IMG/VR virus record: IMGVR_UViG_3300020421_001669
Location: 32,001-96,000 of that record
Reading direction: 5' to 3' (one strand)
DNA from: a virus
DNA: 64,000 bases
Numbering within the stretch: the stretch's first letter is position 1; every line of letters starts with the position of its first letter. The notes beneath the pieces were generated by a model, which was not told where the DNA came from, ran no database searches, and was given only the letters and a program-made list of their open reading frames with translations. Below, piece by piece: positions 1-13,500 of the stretch. Made by a program: the position numbers and the translations under genes.

Positions 1-1
1 C

Positions 2-1567
2 GGAAGAAATTATAATTTTGTACCAGAAAAAGATTACAGTGTAGACAAATCGATTGTCAATGGTGTTTCAGCTTTTAGATTTACTGATATTGTTGTCGTG
101 GAAGGAACAAGAGTACAAACATCCGAAGTAATTAGTTCTACAAATCGTTCTGGCCCAGTAGTACTACCAAATGATAATGTTGATACCACAACACTTTCTG
201 TTAAGGTTCAGACCTCTACAACTAATTTAAACGCGACCACATTTGCTAAATCAGAAACAATTACAACCGCTAAATCAACTTCAGCGATATATTATCTTGA
301 AGAGAGAACGGATGGATACTACCAAGTTGTATTTGGTGATGGTGTTTTAGGTAAACAATTAGATGTTGGAAATATAGTTATATGTGACTACATCATTTCT
401 AATACCACAGAAGGTAATGGTGCAAGAACATTTAGTCCACCCACGAATATTACAGGAACAGGAGAACAAATAACAGGACAAACGAAAAGTGCCTCCAGTG
501 GTGGATTTGATTTAGAAACTGTAGACAGTATTCGATTTAACGCACCGCGATTCAACTCTGCGAAAGGTAGGGTTGTTACTGCAACTGACTACGAAACAGC
601 AATCAAACAGTCCAACCCCAATATTAAATCCGTAACTGTGTGGGGTGGAGAAGACAATGTGCCTCCAGTTTACGGTAGAGTTTACATATCATTACAACCT
701 CAAAGTGGGTTTGTTATAACAGAATCAGAAAAAGATGATTTAGTTAAAAATGTTATTAATCCAAAACTACCAGTATCTTTGGTTACAGAGTTTGTTGATT
801 CAGAAAACTTGTTTATCGGATTTAATATCGCGGTTACTTATGACCCGAAATTAACCACACAGAGTTCAGATGCAATCAAGACAGATATTTTAAATAAAAT
901 TTCACAACACTTTGAAACAAATGTTAATGAGTTGAAGAAAAACTTCTTCTTCTCAAAACTAAGTAGAGAACTTGATTTAGTAAATGATTCTATTATTGGT
1001 AACAATATAGAAATGAGATTAATGAAAAAAATAGCACCTACTATTGGTGAAGATACTAGGTATGAATTAAAATACAATAATAAATTATTAGCTAGTTCTG
1101 TAAGAACAAATTATTTTACTGCTAATATTAACGGTTCCCAAGATGAGGTCTATATAACTGATAGACCAGATGAAACCTTTACTGCGTCACAACAATACAA
1201 CGGACAAAGATTTAATCTCGCAAAAGGTGACCTTATCTTAAAATTAAAAACAACCAACGCTGTTGTCGGTGGAACTGTGGGTACTATTGATTATGATACT
1301 GGGTCATTAGATATAAAATCTTTGAGAGTAGACGCGGTTAGTGGAGCATCAAACAATAATATCAGAGTTTATATAACTCCGCATGAAAGCGCGAAAAATA
1401 TTTCTACAGATGATTTGGTTCGTGCAACCGAAGAACAATCATATGCTGTTACTGCTTTACCAGCAAGAAATATAATACTGTCCCTTGATGACTCTCAGAT
1501 AGACACCACAAACAATGTTAAACAGGGTGTTGCTGTTACAATGATATCAAGGGTACAGGATGACTAA
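2..1567 (+). CDS. gp6: Baseplate wedge subunit gp6 (5'-truncated by the window edge)
   Basis: Frame is open from nt 2. T4 gp6-like motifs YQVVFGDGVLGK, ETVDSIRFNAP, RVVTATDY and VWGGEDNVPPVYGRVYIS. Confidence 0.9.
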   Translation, partial: GRNYNFVPEKDYSVDKSIVNGVSAFRFTDIVVVEGTRVQTSEVISSTNRSGPVVLPNDNVDTTTLSVKVQTSTTNLNATTFAKSETITTAKSTSAIYYLEERTDGYYQVVFGDGVLGKQLDVGNIVICDYIISNTTEGNGARTFSPPTNITGTGEQITGQTKSASSGGFDLETVDSIRFNAPRFNSAKGRVVTATDYETAIKQSNPNIKSVTVWGGEDNVPPVYGRVYISLQPQSGFVITESEKDDLVKNVINPKLPVSLVTEFVDSENLFIGFNIAVTYDPKLTTQSSDAIKTDILNKISQHFETNVNELKKNFFFSKLSRELDLVNDSIIGNNIEMRLMKKIAPTIGEDTRYELKYNNKLLASSVRTNYFTANINGSQDEVYITDRPDETFTASQQYNGQRFNLAKGDLILKLKTTNAVVGGTVGTIDYDTGSLDIKSLRVDAVSGASNNNIRVYITPHESAKNISTDDLVRATEEQSYAVTALPARNIILSLDDSQIDTTNNVKQGVAVTMISRVQDD

Positions 1568-4500
1568 TAGAATACCATCATATCTTGAGTATGTAAAAAA
1601 TATCACTGTAACAAGCGGTGGTACTGGATATAATAGCTCAAGCTTAACAGTAAAGATTAGTGCTCCCACTGGTGATAACCCAATTCAAGCAACCGCAACT
1701 GCTACTATTGATTTTGCTGGTGCTGGTGACATCACCGCGATTAATGTTACTAATGCTGGTGATGGATATGAAGGAACTCCTAATGCTATAGTTCAAGGTG
1801 GTGCTACTAGTGTAGGCATAACATCTGGTAATTTAAATACTGGACTTGATGCTGGAACATATACTGGAGTTGCCCCTACTTCTACAAGTCAAGATGGTGT
1901 CCTTGCTACATTCAATATTGTTATTGATGCAAATGGTGATGTAACATCTATATCAACCAATGCAAAGGGTAATGGATTTGCACAGGGAGATACTATATCA
2001 TTTCTTCCTACAGCACTCGGTGGTACAGGTTCAGAAAAAACAATTGTTGCCACTGTAACTCATATTGAAGGTGGCCAGAACGCTGTACTTGCAGTAGAGA
2101 TTGATAAGATTGCAAAATCTGACATATATTCTCAACCAAAAATTTCTAAGATGATTGGGAATCAATTACCAGAATTTATTAGAGATGACCATCAACTTTT
2201 TGTAACTTTCATTGAAAAGTATTTTGATTTTTTAGAATCTACAAATACAACAGATTCAACCAAACACGGCCCATTAAAAGTACTACAGGATTTTCTATCT
2301 AAATTAGATGTAGACTTTAACGATGACGGAAGTATAAACACAGATGATAACTTCCTTAAAGAATTTTATAAAGACTATGCAAAAGATTTACCTTTAGGTC
2401 AGACTGCTAAATTAAGTCTTGTACTAAAAAGAATCAACGACTTCTATACCGCAAAAGGTAGTAAAGAAGCAATAAAACTTTTATTTAGAATACTTTACGA
2501 TGAGGATGTAGAGTTATTTAATGCACAAGAATTCGTACTTAGACCATCTTCAAGTAAATGGCAACAAGATTATGTTGTTAAGGTATACGAAAGGTCAACA
2601 TATATCAATGCAACCACACCCGATTATGACCCACAGGATTTTTCTGGTCAACAAGTAGACCTTCATTATTATCAGTCAACTGGTTCGGTTACAAATTCTT
2701 TTACTAAAAGAGCAAGTGTTCAATCTGTTAAGAAGATTGCTTACACTAACCCACAAGCATATGAACTCGTTTTAACTGGGATTGATAATACATTCTCATT
2801 GCCCGGCGGTGGTGCTGCCAGTGTTTCATATGATGAAATATTACAACCAGAAATAGCTGGTGACATAGGAACAATTGTAGGAACAGGAAGTGGTGGTGTT
2901 TATGAAAACCCAGATGTTTCAGTAGTTGATGGCACATATAGTATTGGTGCTTCAGATTACAGTTCTTACATTGACATACCTTATTCAAATAATCTTGTTG
3001 TATCAAAAGGCACTTATGTAAAGACAGCTGGAAACAAAATATACCTTGCTGTTAATAGTGGAACAACAAGTAATAGTGGAAGTGGCCCAACTCACGAATC
3101 GGGTGAAAATACAGATGGTAGTGTTAAATTTAGATTTATTCAACTAACAACTGCTACAGGTCATTATAGTACAGGAAGTTCTGGTGCTACATTTACTGTC
3201 GTTATTGCTGGTAACGCGGTATCTAGTGTCACAGTTACAGATGATGGTACAGATTACTATCCGAATGAAGTTATAGAAATTCCTGCTACTAAGTTTGGTG
3301 GAACAGGAACAGGTGTTAAAATAAAAGTTGCCACTATCACCAATGGTAAAATTAAAAAGGCAATTATTATAGATGGTGGTTCTGGTTTTGCTGCTAATCC
3401 AGATGTTCTCATAACTCCAAATAGTTCAGATACAATTGCTACTACTGCTCTTTTAGAAACAAGAACTACGGATGGTGCAATAACAGATATAGTATTTACT
3501 AACAATACAAGTGGTGTTGGATATAATAATTTACCAGCTTTAAGAATATCTGTAGGTCTGACACTCACCTTTGTTAGTTTAGCAGGAGAGACTTTCCCAT
3601 CTGGCGGAACAGATGTTTTCAGTGCCATGAAAGGTATTGTAACAAGAGTGTTAAACTCTGCAAAATTTAATTCTATAAAGACAGGTTCAAGTGCAACTGC
3701 TGGTGGATTTAAAATTGGTGATTCATATGTTATCAATGAAACTGGTGGTATTCTGGGAGTGTATGCTACTGATTACTTCCTTGAAGATTATACAATAACT
3801 GGTATATCGAATAATGCATATATTAGAATTACCTCTCTTGATGCAAATGGATACCCTGCTACATTTGAAGTACTCGCGGTAGGACAGGGATTCAATAGAG
3901 AAGATTTTACAATAGAACTAACTTCCCCAACAGGAAATATTGCTCTTGTAGATTTTGAAACAGGATATAATGCAGTACTCGGTGGAGTTGCTGGAGATGC
4001 TGGTGGATTCTTATCAGACGCGAACAAGTTATTTGATAATTTAGTTTATCAACCATTTGCTTATCAAATACAATCAGAGTTACAAGCAAAAGAATGGAAA
4101 GAATATGTTAAGAGGTCTGCTCACCCAGCTGGATTTGCTGTATTTGGTGACTTGCAGATTAAACAAGATATCGATTTCTCTAGTGGATTCACAGTTGAAA
4201 CAGATGTTTACATGTTCTTCAAGTATCCAGATGTAGAAGAATTACTAGTCGCTGAAACAGTTGTCAAAGATATTAGTATTACAGAAGCAGGGCCTGACGA
4301 AATATTCCCAGGCGATGCAATCAATAATTTTGATATAGGAATTGCTTCTGCTGATTCAGTTGGTGTTTCAGACGAAGATGGCCCGTATACATTTACTGGT
4401 ACATCCGTAAGAATTTACTACGCGACTTCAGATGGAACTGAAACTGGTGACCCATACTTTGTACAACATGGAACAGCATCGGATGACTATGTAGAAAGAT

Positions 4501-5363
4501 TTGGTGTTGGTGACTACTTCTTAAATGATGGTGGTGCATATGTAGAACTCGGTAATCCACAAAAACTAGTAGAAATCAACTTTAACTCTACTGATACTGG
4601 AGAGTACGCGACAGATTACTTCTTAAATGATGCTGGTAGATATACAGTTCTCATCGCAGACGATGCTGAAAGAAGTACAGAATTCTACTTTGCTGGAGAT
4701 GTATTAACATCACTCGAAGTTCAGACTGTCGCAACCGATAGTGTAGACATGGGTGAGACTGTATTGATATCATTCGTATTCTTCAGAGAACCTACTGATA
4801 CATTCGATACTGCTGATAGTGTTGTTGTAGAAGCTCAACCAAGACCTACTGACACATTTGACATCGCTGACGCGGTGAACAAGTTTGATATCGGAGTCAA
4901 CCCAACAGATACACCAAATGCTGATGAGTCAACAGTATTTGATGTAACTGCTGCTAGAGCTGATACATTTACAAGTGATGATACTATATCAATAGAACCA
5001 CAATTGATTGGTACTGACACTACCGCGATGCAAGACTCACCATCTTTAGAACACGGTGGTGTATATGCAGATACATTTAACATCGCTGATGCGGTGACCA
5101 AGTTTGATATTGGTGTAAATCCATCTGATACAGGCGCTACTGCTGACAGTATAAATAACTTTGATATCACAACTGCGCCGACAGATACTTCAAATACTGC
5201 TGATTCGCTTACCACTTTAAACATAGAAATCGACTTAACAGGTTCTTCTGTAGACGAAGATGTTGCTATGGGAGATAGTGGTAGTCTTATATCACAGTCA
5301 TATACAGTCGATTTAACTTATTTTGCCGAAGATTATGTCGCTGATACTGTAGTGAATTTTTAA
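1560..5363 (+). CDS. Baseplate wedge protein, gp7-like, with Gly/Thr-rich insertions and acidic C-terminal repeats
   Basis: Lies between gp6 and gp8. Motifs QLPEFIRDDHQLFVTFIEKYF, FYTAKGSKEAIKLLFRILY and YQPFAYQIQS...HPAGFAVFG are typical of this gene in marine T4-like phages. Confidence 0.75.
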   Translation: MTNRIPSYLEYVKNITVTSGGTGYNSSSLTVKISAPTGDNPIQATATATIDFAGAGDITAINVTNAGDGYEGTPNAIVQGGATSVGITSGNLNTGLDAGTYTGVAPTSTSQDGVLATFNIVIDANGDVTSISTNAKGNGFAQGDTISFLPTALGGTGSEKTIVATVTHIEGGQNAVLAVEIDKIAKSDIYSQPKISKMIGNQLPEFIRDDHQLFVTFIEKYFDFLESTNTTDSTKHGPLKVLQDFLSKLDVDFNDDGSINTDDNFLKEFYKDYAKDLPLGQTAKLSLVLKRINDFYTAKGSKEAIKLLFRILYDEDVELFNAQEFVLRPSSSKWQQDYVVKVYERSTYINATTPDYDPQDFSGQQVDLHYYQSTGSVTNSFTKRASVQSVKKIAYTNPQAYELVLTGIDNTFSLPGGGAASVSYDEILQPEIAGDIGTIVGTGSGGVYENPDVSVVDGTYSIGASDYSSYIDIPYSNNLVVSKGTYVKTAGNKIYLAVNSGTTSNSGSGPTHESGENTDGSVKFRFIQLTTATGHYSTGSSGATFTVVIAGNAVSSVTVTDDGTDYYPNEVIEIPATKFGGTGTGVKIKVATITNGKIKKAIIIDGGSGFAANPDVLITPNSSDTIATTALLETRTTDGAITDIVFTNNTSGVGYNNLPALRISVGLTLTFVSLAGETFPSGGTDVFSAMKGIVTRVLNSAKFNSIKTGSSATAGGFKIGDSYVINETGGILGVYATDYFLEDYTITGISNNAYIRITSLDANGYPATFEVLAVGQGFNREDFTIELTSPTGNIALVDFETGYNAVLGGVAGDAGGFLSDANKLFDNLVYQPFAYQIQSELQAKEWKEYVKRSAHPAGFAVFGDLQIKQDIDFSSGFTVETDVYMFFKYPDVEELLVAETVVKDISITEAGPDEIFPGDAINNFDIGIASADSVGVSDEDGPYTFTGTSVRIYYATSDGTETGDPYFVQHGTASDDYVERFGVGDYFLNDGGAYVELGNPQKLVEINFNSTDTGEYATDYFLNDAGRYTVLIADDAERSTEFYFAGDVLTSLEVQTVATDSVDMGETVLISFVFFREPTDTFDTADSVVVEAQPRPTDTFDIADAVNKFDIGVNPTDTPNADESTVFDVTAARADTFTSDDTISIEPQLIGTDTTAMQDSPSLEHGGVYADTFNIADAVTKFDIGVNPSDTGATADSINNFDITTAPTDTSNTADSLTTLNIEIDLTGSSVDEDVAMGDSGSLISQSYTVDLTYFAEDYVADTVVNF

Positions 5364-5380
5364 AAACTAATTTTAATTCT

Positions 5381-5388
5381 TATAAATA
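5381..5388 (+). promoter_or_regulatory. T4-type late promoter TATAAATA
   Basis: Exact gp55 consensus, intergenic, upstream of 5429. Confidence 0.85.
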
Positions 5389-5428
5389 AGGAATAACAAG
5401 GCAATAACTAATATTAGAGGAGATAAAC

Positions 5429-5878
5429 ATGTTGCAAAATAATGCCTTAAGCGCCAAGGGTCGATTGACCGTTGAGCTCTTTGACAAAAGGGGTACTCTT
5501 CTTGAGACCCAAGAAGTAAAGAATGTTGTTGTAAACAACGGTCTTAATTATATCGCATCTCGTATGAAAGATGCCACTGCCACTGCGATGTCACATATGG
5601 CAATCGGTTCAGATAATACTGCTGCCGCTGCTGGTAACACCGCACTAGGTACAGAACTTGGTAGGGTCGCTTTGACTTCTACTACTGTAACTTCAAACTC
5701 AGTCGCTTATGTTGGGGACTTCCCCGCTGGTACTGGTACTGGAGCAGTAGTTGAGGCAGCTATCTTAAATGCCAGTTCGGGTGGAACACTACTATGTAGA
5801 ACCGTATTCAGTGTGGTGAATAAAGCCGCTGCTGATACGCTAAAAATCACTTGGACGGTTACTGTATCTGACTCCTAA
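5429..5878 (+). CDS. Small virion/baseplate-associated structural protein
   Basis: AGGAG RBS and late promoter upstream. NVVVNNG...MAIGS...LGTELGR pattern is common in phage tail proteins. Confidence 0.6.
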   Translation: MLQNNALSAKGRLTVELFDKRGTLLETQEVKNVVVNNGLNYIASRMKDATATAMSHMAIGSDNTAAAAGNTALGTELGRVALTSTTVTSNSVAYVGDFPAGTGTGAVVEAAILNASSGGTLLCRTVFSVVNKAAADTLKITWTVTVSDS

Positions 5879-5901
5879 GAGTTAAACTAAGGAGTTAGTA
5901 C

Positions 5902-7500
5902 ATGGCCATTCTGTTACTAGAACAGGCAAGGTTTCATCAGGCGAGGTCTTTCTATAGAGATATCTATAACGGCAATGATAAATTTTATCTTGCGGCCTCG
6001 CGTACTGAAACATGGACGGATGATACTGCGCCTGATACATCGGTAGATAATCGTATTGATGTACAGAATTTCAGAGATAAGATACTTTTTGTAAAGAAAG
6101 TACAATCTGCTGACACGGCTATGTTAGCTCGAAGGATTGATTGGGTAACTGGGACAGTATATGATAGGTATGATGATAACTATTCATCTACGAATGCCTC
6201 TTATTCTGGTGCGACTTCATTACAGACTGCTAATTTTTACATTTTAACAGACAATTTTAATGTCTATAAATGTATTGACAATAACAATAGTGGACAAAGT
6301 ACTGTAAAACCAAATAGTACTGGTACTGAAATATTTACAACCTCAGATGGTTATAAATGGAAGTTTCTATTTCAAATAGGTGCTTCTGATAGAACTAAGT
6401 TTTTATCTACAGCATTTATGCCAGTCAGAAAAGTATCTGGTGCTGGTCAACCATCGTTTGATGTAAACGGTGAGATTGATAGTATTACAGTTAGTGCTGG
6501 AGGAAGTGGATATACTTCTGTTCCTACCATTACTATAAACGGTGATGGAACTGGTGCTACTGCTGTTGCTACTCTTTCTGGTGGTGCTGTATCGTCAATA
6601 ACCGTTACCACTGCTGGTACTGGATACACATTTGCAGATATAGTAATAACTGGTGGTGGAGGTGCTAACGCAAAAGCAGATGCTGTTTTAGGTAGTACTG
6701 ATACTGCAACACTACAAACGAATGTAGAAGGTACTGCGGTAAAAGGTACTATTGATAATATACTTGTAACCAATCAAGGAACAGATTATACTGCCGGAGA
6801 TGTAACACTCAAAATTACTGGCGATGGAGCTGGGGCAACCTGTGCTGCTGTAGTAAATACAAACGGAAATATTACAGGTGTTACTATTACAAATCCAGGC
6901 TCTGGATATACAAACGCAACAATAACATTAACACAAAGTTCTGGTTCTGGTATTAATGCTAGTTTTAGAGTTATTATATCACCGATTGACGGACATGGTG
7001 CTCACCCACAAAAAGAATTGTTTTGTAAAAGAGTGGGAGTAACAGTATCATTTGATAATGACTCAAGAGATTTAATTACTGGTAATGATTATAGACAAGT
7101 AGGATTGGTAAAAAACATTACTAAATATGGGTTAAGTAGTCTATTCGATGATGCAACTGGTTCTCCTCATTTTATTATCGGAGTCACAGACCCAAATAAT
7201 TATGGCGCGGATGATATTGTAGAATCAACAACTGGAGGTAACTTTACAGTAGCTCAGTTGAGGGATACGACAGGAAACGGAACAGACGATAGTGTATATC
7301 TGCAAGAAAATACTGCTGGTATTGGTTCTTCAGACACTATTAATAATTTAACAAAAGGACTCTCTAATTTGACTATAAATAGTCTTACAAATCCAGAAAT
7401 AGACCACAATTCTGGAGATGTTATTTACTTTGACAATAGAAAACCTATTACAAGGGAAGAGGGTCAAGTAGAGACAGTAAAAATAATATTTACTTTCTAA
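5902..7500 (+). CDS. gp8: Baseplate wedge subunit gp8
   Basis: [42 protein letters not shown] and C-terminal [15 protein letters not shown] match gp8. Confidence 0.88.
   Translation: MAILLLEQARFHQARSFYRDIYNGNDKFYLAASRTETWTDDTAPDTSVDNRIDVQNFRDKILFVKKVQSADTAMLARRIDWVTGTVYDRYDDNYSSTNASYSGATSLQTANFYILTDNFNVYKCIDNNNSGQSTVKPNSTGTEIFTTSDGYKWKFLFQIGASDRTKFLSTAFMPVRKVSGAGQPSFDVNGEIDSITVSAGGSGYTSVPTITINGDGTGATAVATLSGGAVSSITVTTAGTGYTFADIVITGGGGANAKADAVLGSTDTATLQTNVEGTAVKGTIDNILVTNQGTDYTAGDVTLKITGDGAGATCAAVVNTNGNITGVTITNPGSGYTNATITLTQSSGSGINASFRVIISPIDGHGAHPQKELFCKRVGVTVSFDNDSRDLITGNDYRQVGLVKNITKYGLSSLFDDATGSPHFIIGVTDPNNYGADDIVESTTGGNFTVAQLRDTTGNGTDDSVYLQENTAGIGSSDTINNLTKGLSNLTINSLTNPEIDHNSGDVIYFDNRKPITREEGQVETVKIIFTF
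7374..7381 (+). promoter_or_regulatory. Late promoter TATAAATA inside the 3' end of gp8
   Basis: Exact consensus about 130 nt upstream of the 7513 start. Confidence 0.6.
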
Positions 7501-7512
7501 AAGGGATAAAAG

Positions 7513-10500
7513 ATGGCGATTGATTTAAATGTAACACCATATTATAATGACTTTTCAGCGGCTAAGAAATTTAATCGCGTGGTCTTTAAGCCTGGTGTTG
7601 CTGTACAAGCAAGGGAACTAACACAACTCCAAGATTACATGCTGAACACTTTTAAGGAGTTTGGTGATTTTGTATTTAAAGATGGTGCTACTGTAAGAGG
7701 TGGTTTTGGATATCCTGTTCTTATCCCATTTATAAAAATCAATGACCTAGATGCTGATTCTACAGCCATATCAAATGATACTCTTGCAAATTATGTTGGC
7801 GATACTATAGTAGGTGGTACAACAGGAATAGAAGCAGTAATTAAATCTGTAAGAACTGGTACTGATACAGAAGCGGTTGAAAAGAAAACTCTTTATTTAA
7901 ACTATACCAAAGGTAACGAAAAAAGTGCTGGAACTATTGCTTCTAATGTCAGATTTGATGCTGGTGAAACTTTAACAGTTACCAGTACTAATGTTGAGAG
8001 AAATGGTGATACATTTGTTGTAGATAACAATACAGATATAAACAGTTTTACAAAAAATTTCTATGGATATGCTATTGATTTTGTATTAGAAGAAGGTATA
8101 ATTTATGCACAGGGTAAATTTGTCTCTCATGATACTCAAATAATTAGACTTGATAACTATAATCCAAATGTTAATTATTTTGTTGGTGTCAAAGTTAACG
8201 AAACAATTGTTTCATCGGATGATGATACAAGTCTTTTAGACCCAGCTACAGGCGCTTACAATTTCAATGCGCCTGGCGCCGACAGAACAAAAGTAGACAC
8301 AGTAATTACTAAAGTACCTTTTGGTAAAAATCACGAACTCAATAAAACATATGAACTGGGTGAGTTTATATCAAATGGTGATAACATTTATGAAGTAACT
8401 ACTGCTGGTACGACTTCCTCTTCTGGTACTGGGCCAAATCATACGACAGGAAATGCTACAGATGGTAGTGTTGTATTTAAGTATTTTGAATTCCCCGAAG
8501 GATTCACTGCCCTGTATAAAATTAACAAAGGTCAAATTGAAAAAAGATATGACGGTGATTTAACCGAACTCGCGGAACTGGGTAAACAGTTGGCTGCTGA
8601 ACAAAGAGAAAGTGATGGTGATTATGTTGTAGAACCTTTCACCATTAAAATTAGAGAACATTTAAAAACCGTAAAGGGTGTTACATTTGACACATCTACA
8701 AATACAAATTACGGTCAAGGACAATTTGTAAATCACTTAGGAAAACTTTACGAAGTGGTTTTAGCTGGTACTTCCGATTCATCTACTCCGCCAACCCACT
8801 CCAGTGGTGATGTTTTAAGTGGTACTGTTAAGTTTGGTGCTAGAGGTGCTTCATACAGGTTTGATAACGATGGAACAAACTTTACAACAGATAGTGACCC
8901 TGGCGATGCTGATAGACTATCGGTGACCGTATCGCCTGGCGTAGCATATGTAAATGGTTTCCGCAGACAATTTTATAAAAATACTGCTCTTAAAGTCAGA
9001 AAAGGAACATCTACGGAAATAAAGGAAGCGAGAGATGTTACATTGGGATATGGTAACTTTTTCGATGTCAAAGAAGTTTGTGGTACATTCGATATAGAGA
9101 ATGGTGCTTTATGTAACATTGGTTATTATGGTACTATAGGTTCACAGACAGGTGCAGCCGCAGTTTCAGATGGAACTTTTGGTACTCATGCTTCTTTAGG
9201 AACAGTTATTGGTACATGTAGAGTTCGCGCTATGAAAAGAGCATCTGGAAATCCAGGCGCTGCTACTACTCAATACAGACTTTTTGTATACGATGTAAGA
9301 ATAAAAGATGGTAAACTATCTGACGCGAGAACAATTCAATTTCCAAACTCTACCGACAGTGGATTCGCTGATATTTTATTAGAAGACCTTAATGGAAATG
9401 GAACAAAAGATTCTGCTGTACTTAGTGGTACAATGTATAACAAGATGGTGTATCATACACCTTGGAACTTTACTAAAACACTTGCAGCTGCTGGTGGTGG
9501 TTCATATGATACTCAATATTATTATACTGAAGAATTCAATGTAAGTGTTGCCGCTAATGGTACATTTAGTATTAGTACTTCCTCGCTTGGGTCTGAAGTT
9601 ATATTCCCATATTCTGTCTCTGGACTTACACAAACCATATTAGATAATAGATTTTACATGGTTTGTAAAACGCCAGGCATCACAGATTTTGGTGATGGAA
9701 CTACCATATCTGGTTCCGAGGGTAGAGTTATCCGACTCACACCTAGTCAAGTAACTGCAGCTGCTAATGGACAAAGTATGTCGTTTGACATGGGAGCTCC
9801 TAGTGCTGGATACGATGCTTACATACAAATGGAAGTAAAAGTAGTAGACGCTGTACCAGTACCAAAATCTTATAATACTGGTAGATATGTGACCATCGAC
9901 ACCAATGATAACGCTGGAGGCAGTGACGGGCCTTGGAATCTTGGTATCACGGATGTTAAATCAATTGAAGCAATATACATTCAACCATCATCAACAAATG
10001 TATACTTGGATGATGCAGATGGCAAAACAAATTACAAAGACGATTTTATTTTAGATAATGGACAAAGAGATAATTTTTATGGTCACGCGAAACTCATTAA
10101 GAAACTTGGAAGTCCAGTAAGCACCACTGCAGCTTATATAACTGTTAAGTTAAGTCACTTTACCGCTAACTATGGTGGTTCCAACGGAACATATTTTGCA
10201 AAAGATTCCTATCCAGTAGACGATACTGGTGCCACTGGTATTTACACTTTTGAAATTCCAAATTATATATCAAACCAATCGGGACAGTTTATTTTAAGAG
10301 ATTCCATTGATTTTAGACCTATGGTTAAAAATACAGCTGTTTCTGCTACAACATTGGCGACAGCAACTAACAATCCATATAGAACAGAGGAATTTGATTT
10401 ACCTTCTAATGGTATTCAATTCCCAACTCCAAATACTAGTTTTACTACAGATGTAGAATATTACTTACCTAGAGTTGACAACATTATTATTGATAGGTCT

Positions 10501-13500
10501 GGGTCATTCCGAGTTATAGAAGGTATTTCAAAAATACCAGCTAAACCCCCAATTGAAGATGCAGACTCTATGCAAGTAGCAGAAGTTTTTGTTGCGCCTT
10601 TCCCATCGGTTGCGCCAAGTGTTGCAACTAAATTTGATGCCCCAGAATCACAGGTCAGACATCAATTGAAGGGACAGAACAGACGATATACAATGGAAGA
10701 TATTGGTCAAATTGAACAAAGAATTAATCGACTAGAATATTATCTTGCTTTATCTCTTTTAGAAATGCAAGCAAAAGACCAACAAATACTAGATGCAAAC
10801 GGAAATGACAGATTTAAAAACGGTATCTATGTAAATTCTTTTGATAGTGACTCACTAAGTGATTTGGATGACCCAAATTATTCTGCTTCCTATAATTCAT
10901 CTAAGAAAAGATTAGGCCCAGCTTTTAATGATTATCAAGCAGATTTAATATTAAACGAAACACATGGTACTTCTGGTTGGACAAGACAGGGTTCTGTCAT
11001 AACCAGACCATTTATCTTAGAGTCTGGTACTGAAAACCGATACGCTACTAAAGTAAGAAATTGCGTAGGTGAGTTACAATTTAATTACGAAGGAGAAATG
11101 GAAATTTTCCCTCGTTCAGATAACCAACCAAGTTCAACACAAGATGACCCAAATCCACAGTTTATTGGTATATCAAATGCACAAGCGACTCAGAATGCTG
11201 CCTCTGCGATTAATGCCTCAAGAAATGTAGTTGGATTTGAGACTTCATTTGAAAGAGGTCTTTATGACGCAGCTACTGACACAGTAGACCCAACTGGGTA
11301 CTTTGACCATAACACAAGAGAAGTTACAATTGAAACTGGTTCTGAAGCTGGAGCGTTTACTGGAGATGTTACGGGCACGGTTGGAACAAACACCCAATTT
11401 AATGAGGTTTTTGGCACATTGTTTGAACAAACTGGTGCTGGTGCTGTTAGTGGACAGATAACTGGAAATGTTTCGGGTTCTGTCTCATTGACTCCAACTA
11501 TGAAAGTTCAACATATTGTTGAAACATCTGTTCCAATTATACAAACTGCTTCATCTCAACTTCAACATACTCAAAAATTTAAAATAGACGATGTAGTTAG
11601 GGATGTTTCACTGTTACCTAATATGCGACAAAATAGAATCGCTGTTAGGGTTCGTAGAATGAAACCAAATACTAGATTGTATTTTTACTTTGATGACCAA
11701 CCACAGAGTAATAGATGTTGTCCTTGTGATGTCGAAAGATTTGATGCACATATTCCAGTATGGCAGGCTTCTGGTGCAAGAACAGGTCACTCATTCCTTC
11801 AGACTAGACTAATAAACACTCCATTGGGTGTGGCAGAAGACCCAGACTTAAATTACCTTTACACTGGTTCAGCTCCTGCTGATATGGGAGACCCAGTTGT
11901 TACTGACCAAAATGGTGACGCTGCTTTTGTTTATTTCTTGCCTGCTGGTAATGGTGCTGCTGAAGGTTCTGGATTTGATAACATTACTTTCCCTGTGGGT
12001 ACTCGTAGAATGAGAGTTACAGATGACCTAACAGATAGGTATAATTTTGTAACCACACAAGCTGAAACAGATTACTCTGCTTTCGCATTACATCAATATA
12101 GAAAAAGTGTAGATTTAACCGTTGAACATCATGTCATGAGTACATCTACTACAAAAGATTTTTCGGGTGCCACAAAAAATGTTACGGGCGAACATATTCT
12201 TGATGTTGGTATTCAGCCTGGCGAAATGGAAATATCCATTAATGACTTGAAAGCTGACCTAGATGTTACACAACCAAGTTTCATAGTTCATCCACCGAGA
12301 TTTGTCGGTGACCCAATTGGACAAACTTTTGGAATAGGAGATGCTCCAAATGGAGCCTTTGTTAAAAAAGTAAGAGTTTTCTTCAGAGACAGGCCAGGCC
12401 AAAGTGCTAATGTTGCAAATCCGGCTACTGATACTGGACAAGGTATCACTATGCAAATAAGAAAAGTTGTCAATGGATATCCAGGCCAAATGATAATGGC
12501 TTCAACTTTCAAGCAAGCTAGTGAAGTAAAAACTACAGAATCTTTATCAATTACTGGTGGCGTAGATTTAGGAACAAATTATAATTTTGCTGCCTCGCAA
12601 GCTACAGATTTTGAATTTGATGAACCAGTATATGTTGCACCAAACGAAGAGTATGCATTTGTTCTTCTACCAGAAAGAAATGACCCTAATTATAATATAT
12701 GGATTTCTAAGTTGGGTGAAAATAAACTTGGAACTACACAAAGAGTTACTGCTGAAGAAACAAATATTGCTGGAATGTTATTTACATCTTCAAACAGTAG
12801 GGCTTGGAGTGCTCATCAAACAGAAGATATAAAATTTAGTATATTCTATTGTCAGTTTACTCTCGGAGAAGGAACTGTAGAGTTTGTTAACGAAGACGCG
12901 GAATATATTACTGGTTCAGATTATACTGCTGGTAGACCACAAGAGGGACAAAATGTTCATGGGTTTGATGTAACTATTTCTGGTGGCGGTTCTGGATACA
13001 GTGTCAATGATGTTATTCAACTGAACCAAATCAATACTACCTCTAATAATAACACTATTGCTGGTAGTGGAGTAAAATTAAAAGTTACTAGTGTAAGTTC
13101 TGGTGCTGTAACTGGTGTAGAGGTTCTTGATACTGGAACAGGTTTCCAACCAATTAGAGGTTTGACCCCAGCATTGGTACATCCCGGCAGCGTAGGACAA
13201 TTAGCTGTTGTTCCTACTGGTGGTTCTGGTGCTAACTTTACATTAAAAATAAAACATGGTATAGTAGAACAAGTTGACCCTCGCACAGAAAAAATTGAAA
13301 TAACTTACGATAAGGTTGTTGCTGACCAAGCCATAACCGATAGTTCATTGTACTTTAAAGTCGGTGAAGTTATAGGAACTGGTGCTACTGAATTGGAGGG
13401 TGGTTTAAGAAAAACAGAATTTAAAGTTGCTAGTATTTCTAACAAAGTATTCAACAACTTTAGAACAAACACTACCATAAAAGATTTCCCACGGGCTAAA

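Noticed and set aside
4851-5123. Duplicated DNA segment as a DGR template/variable repeat pair
   Set aside because: Both copies are in-frame within one gene, differences are mostly synonymous and not adenine-specific, and no reverse transcriptase is in the window.
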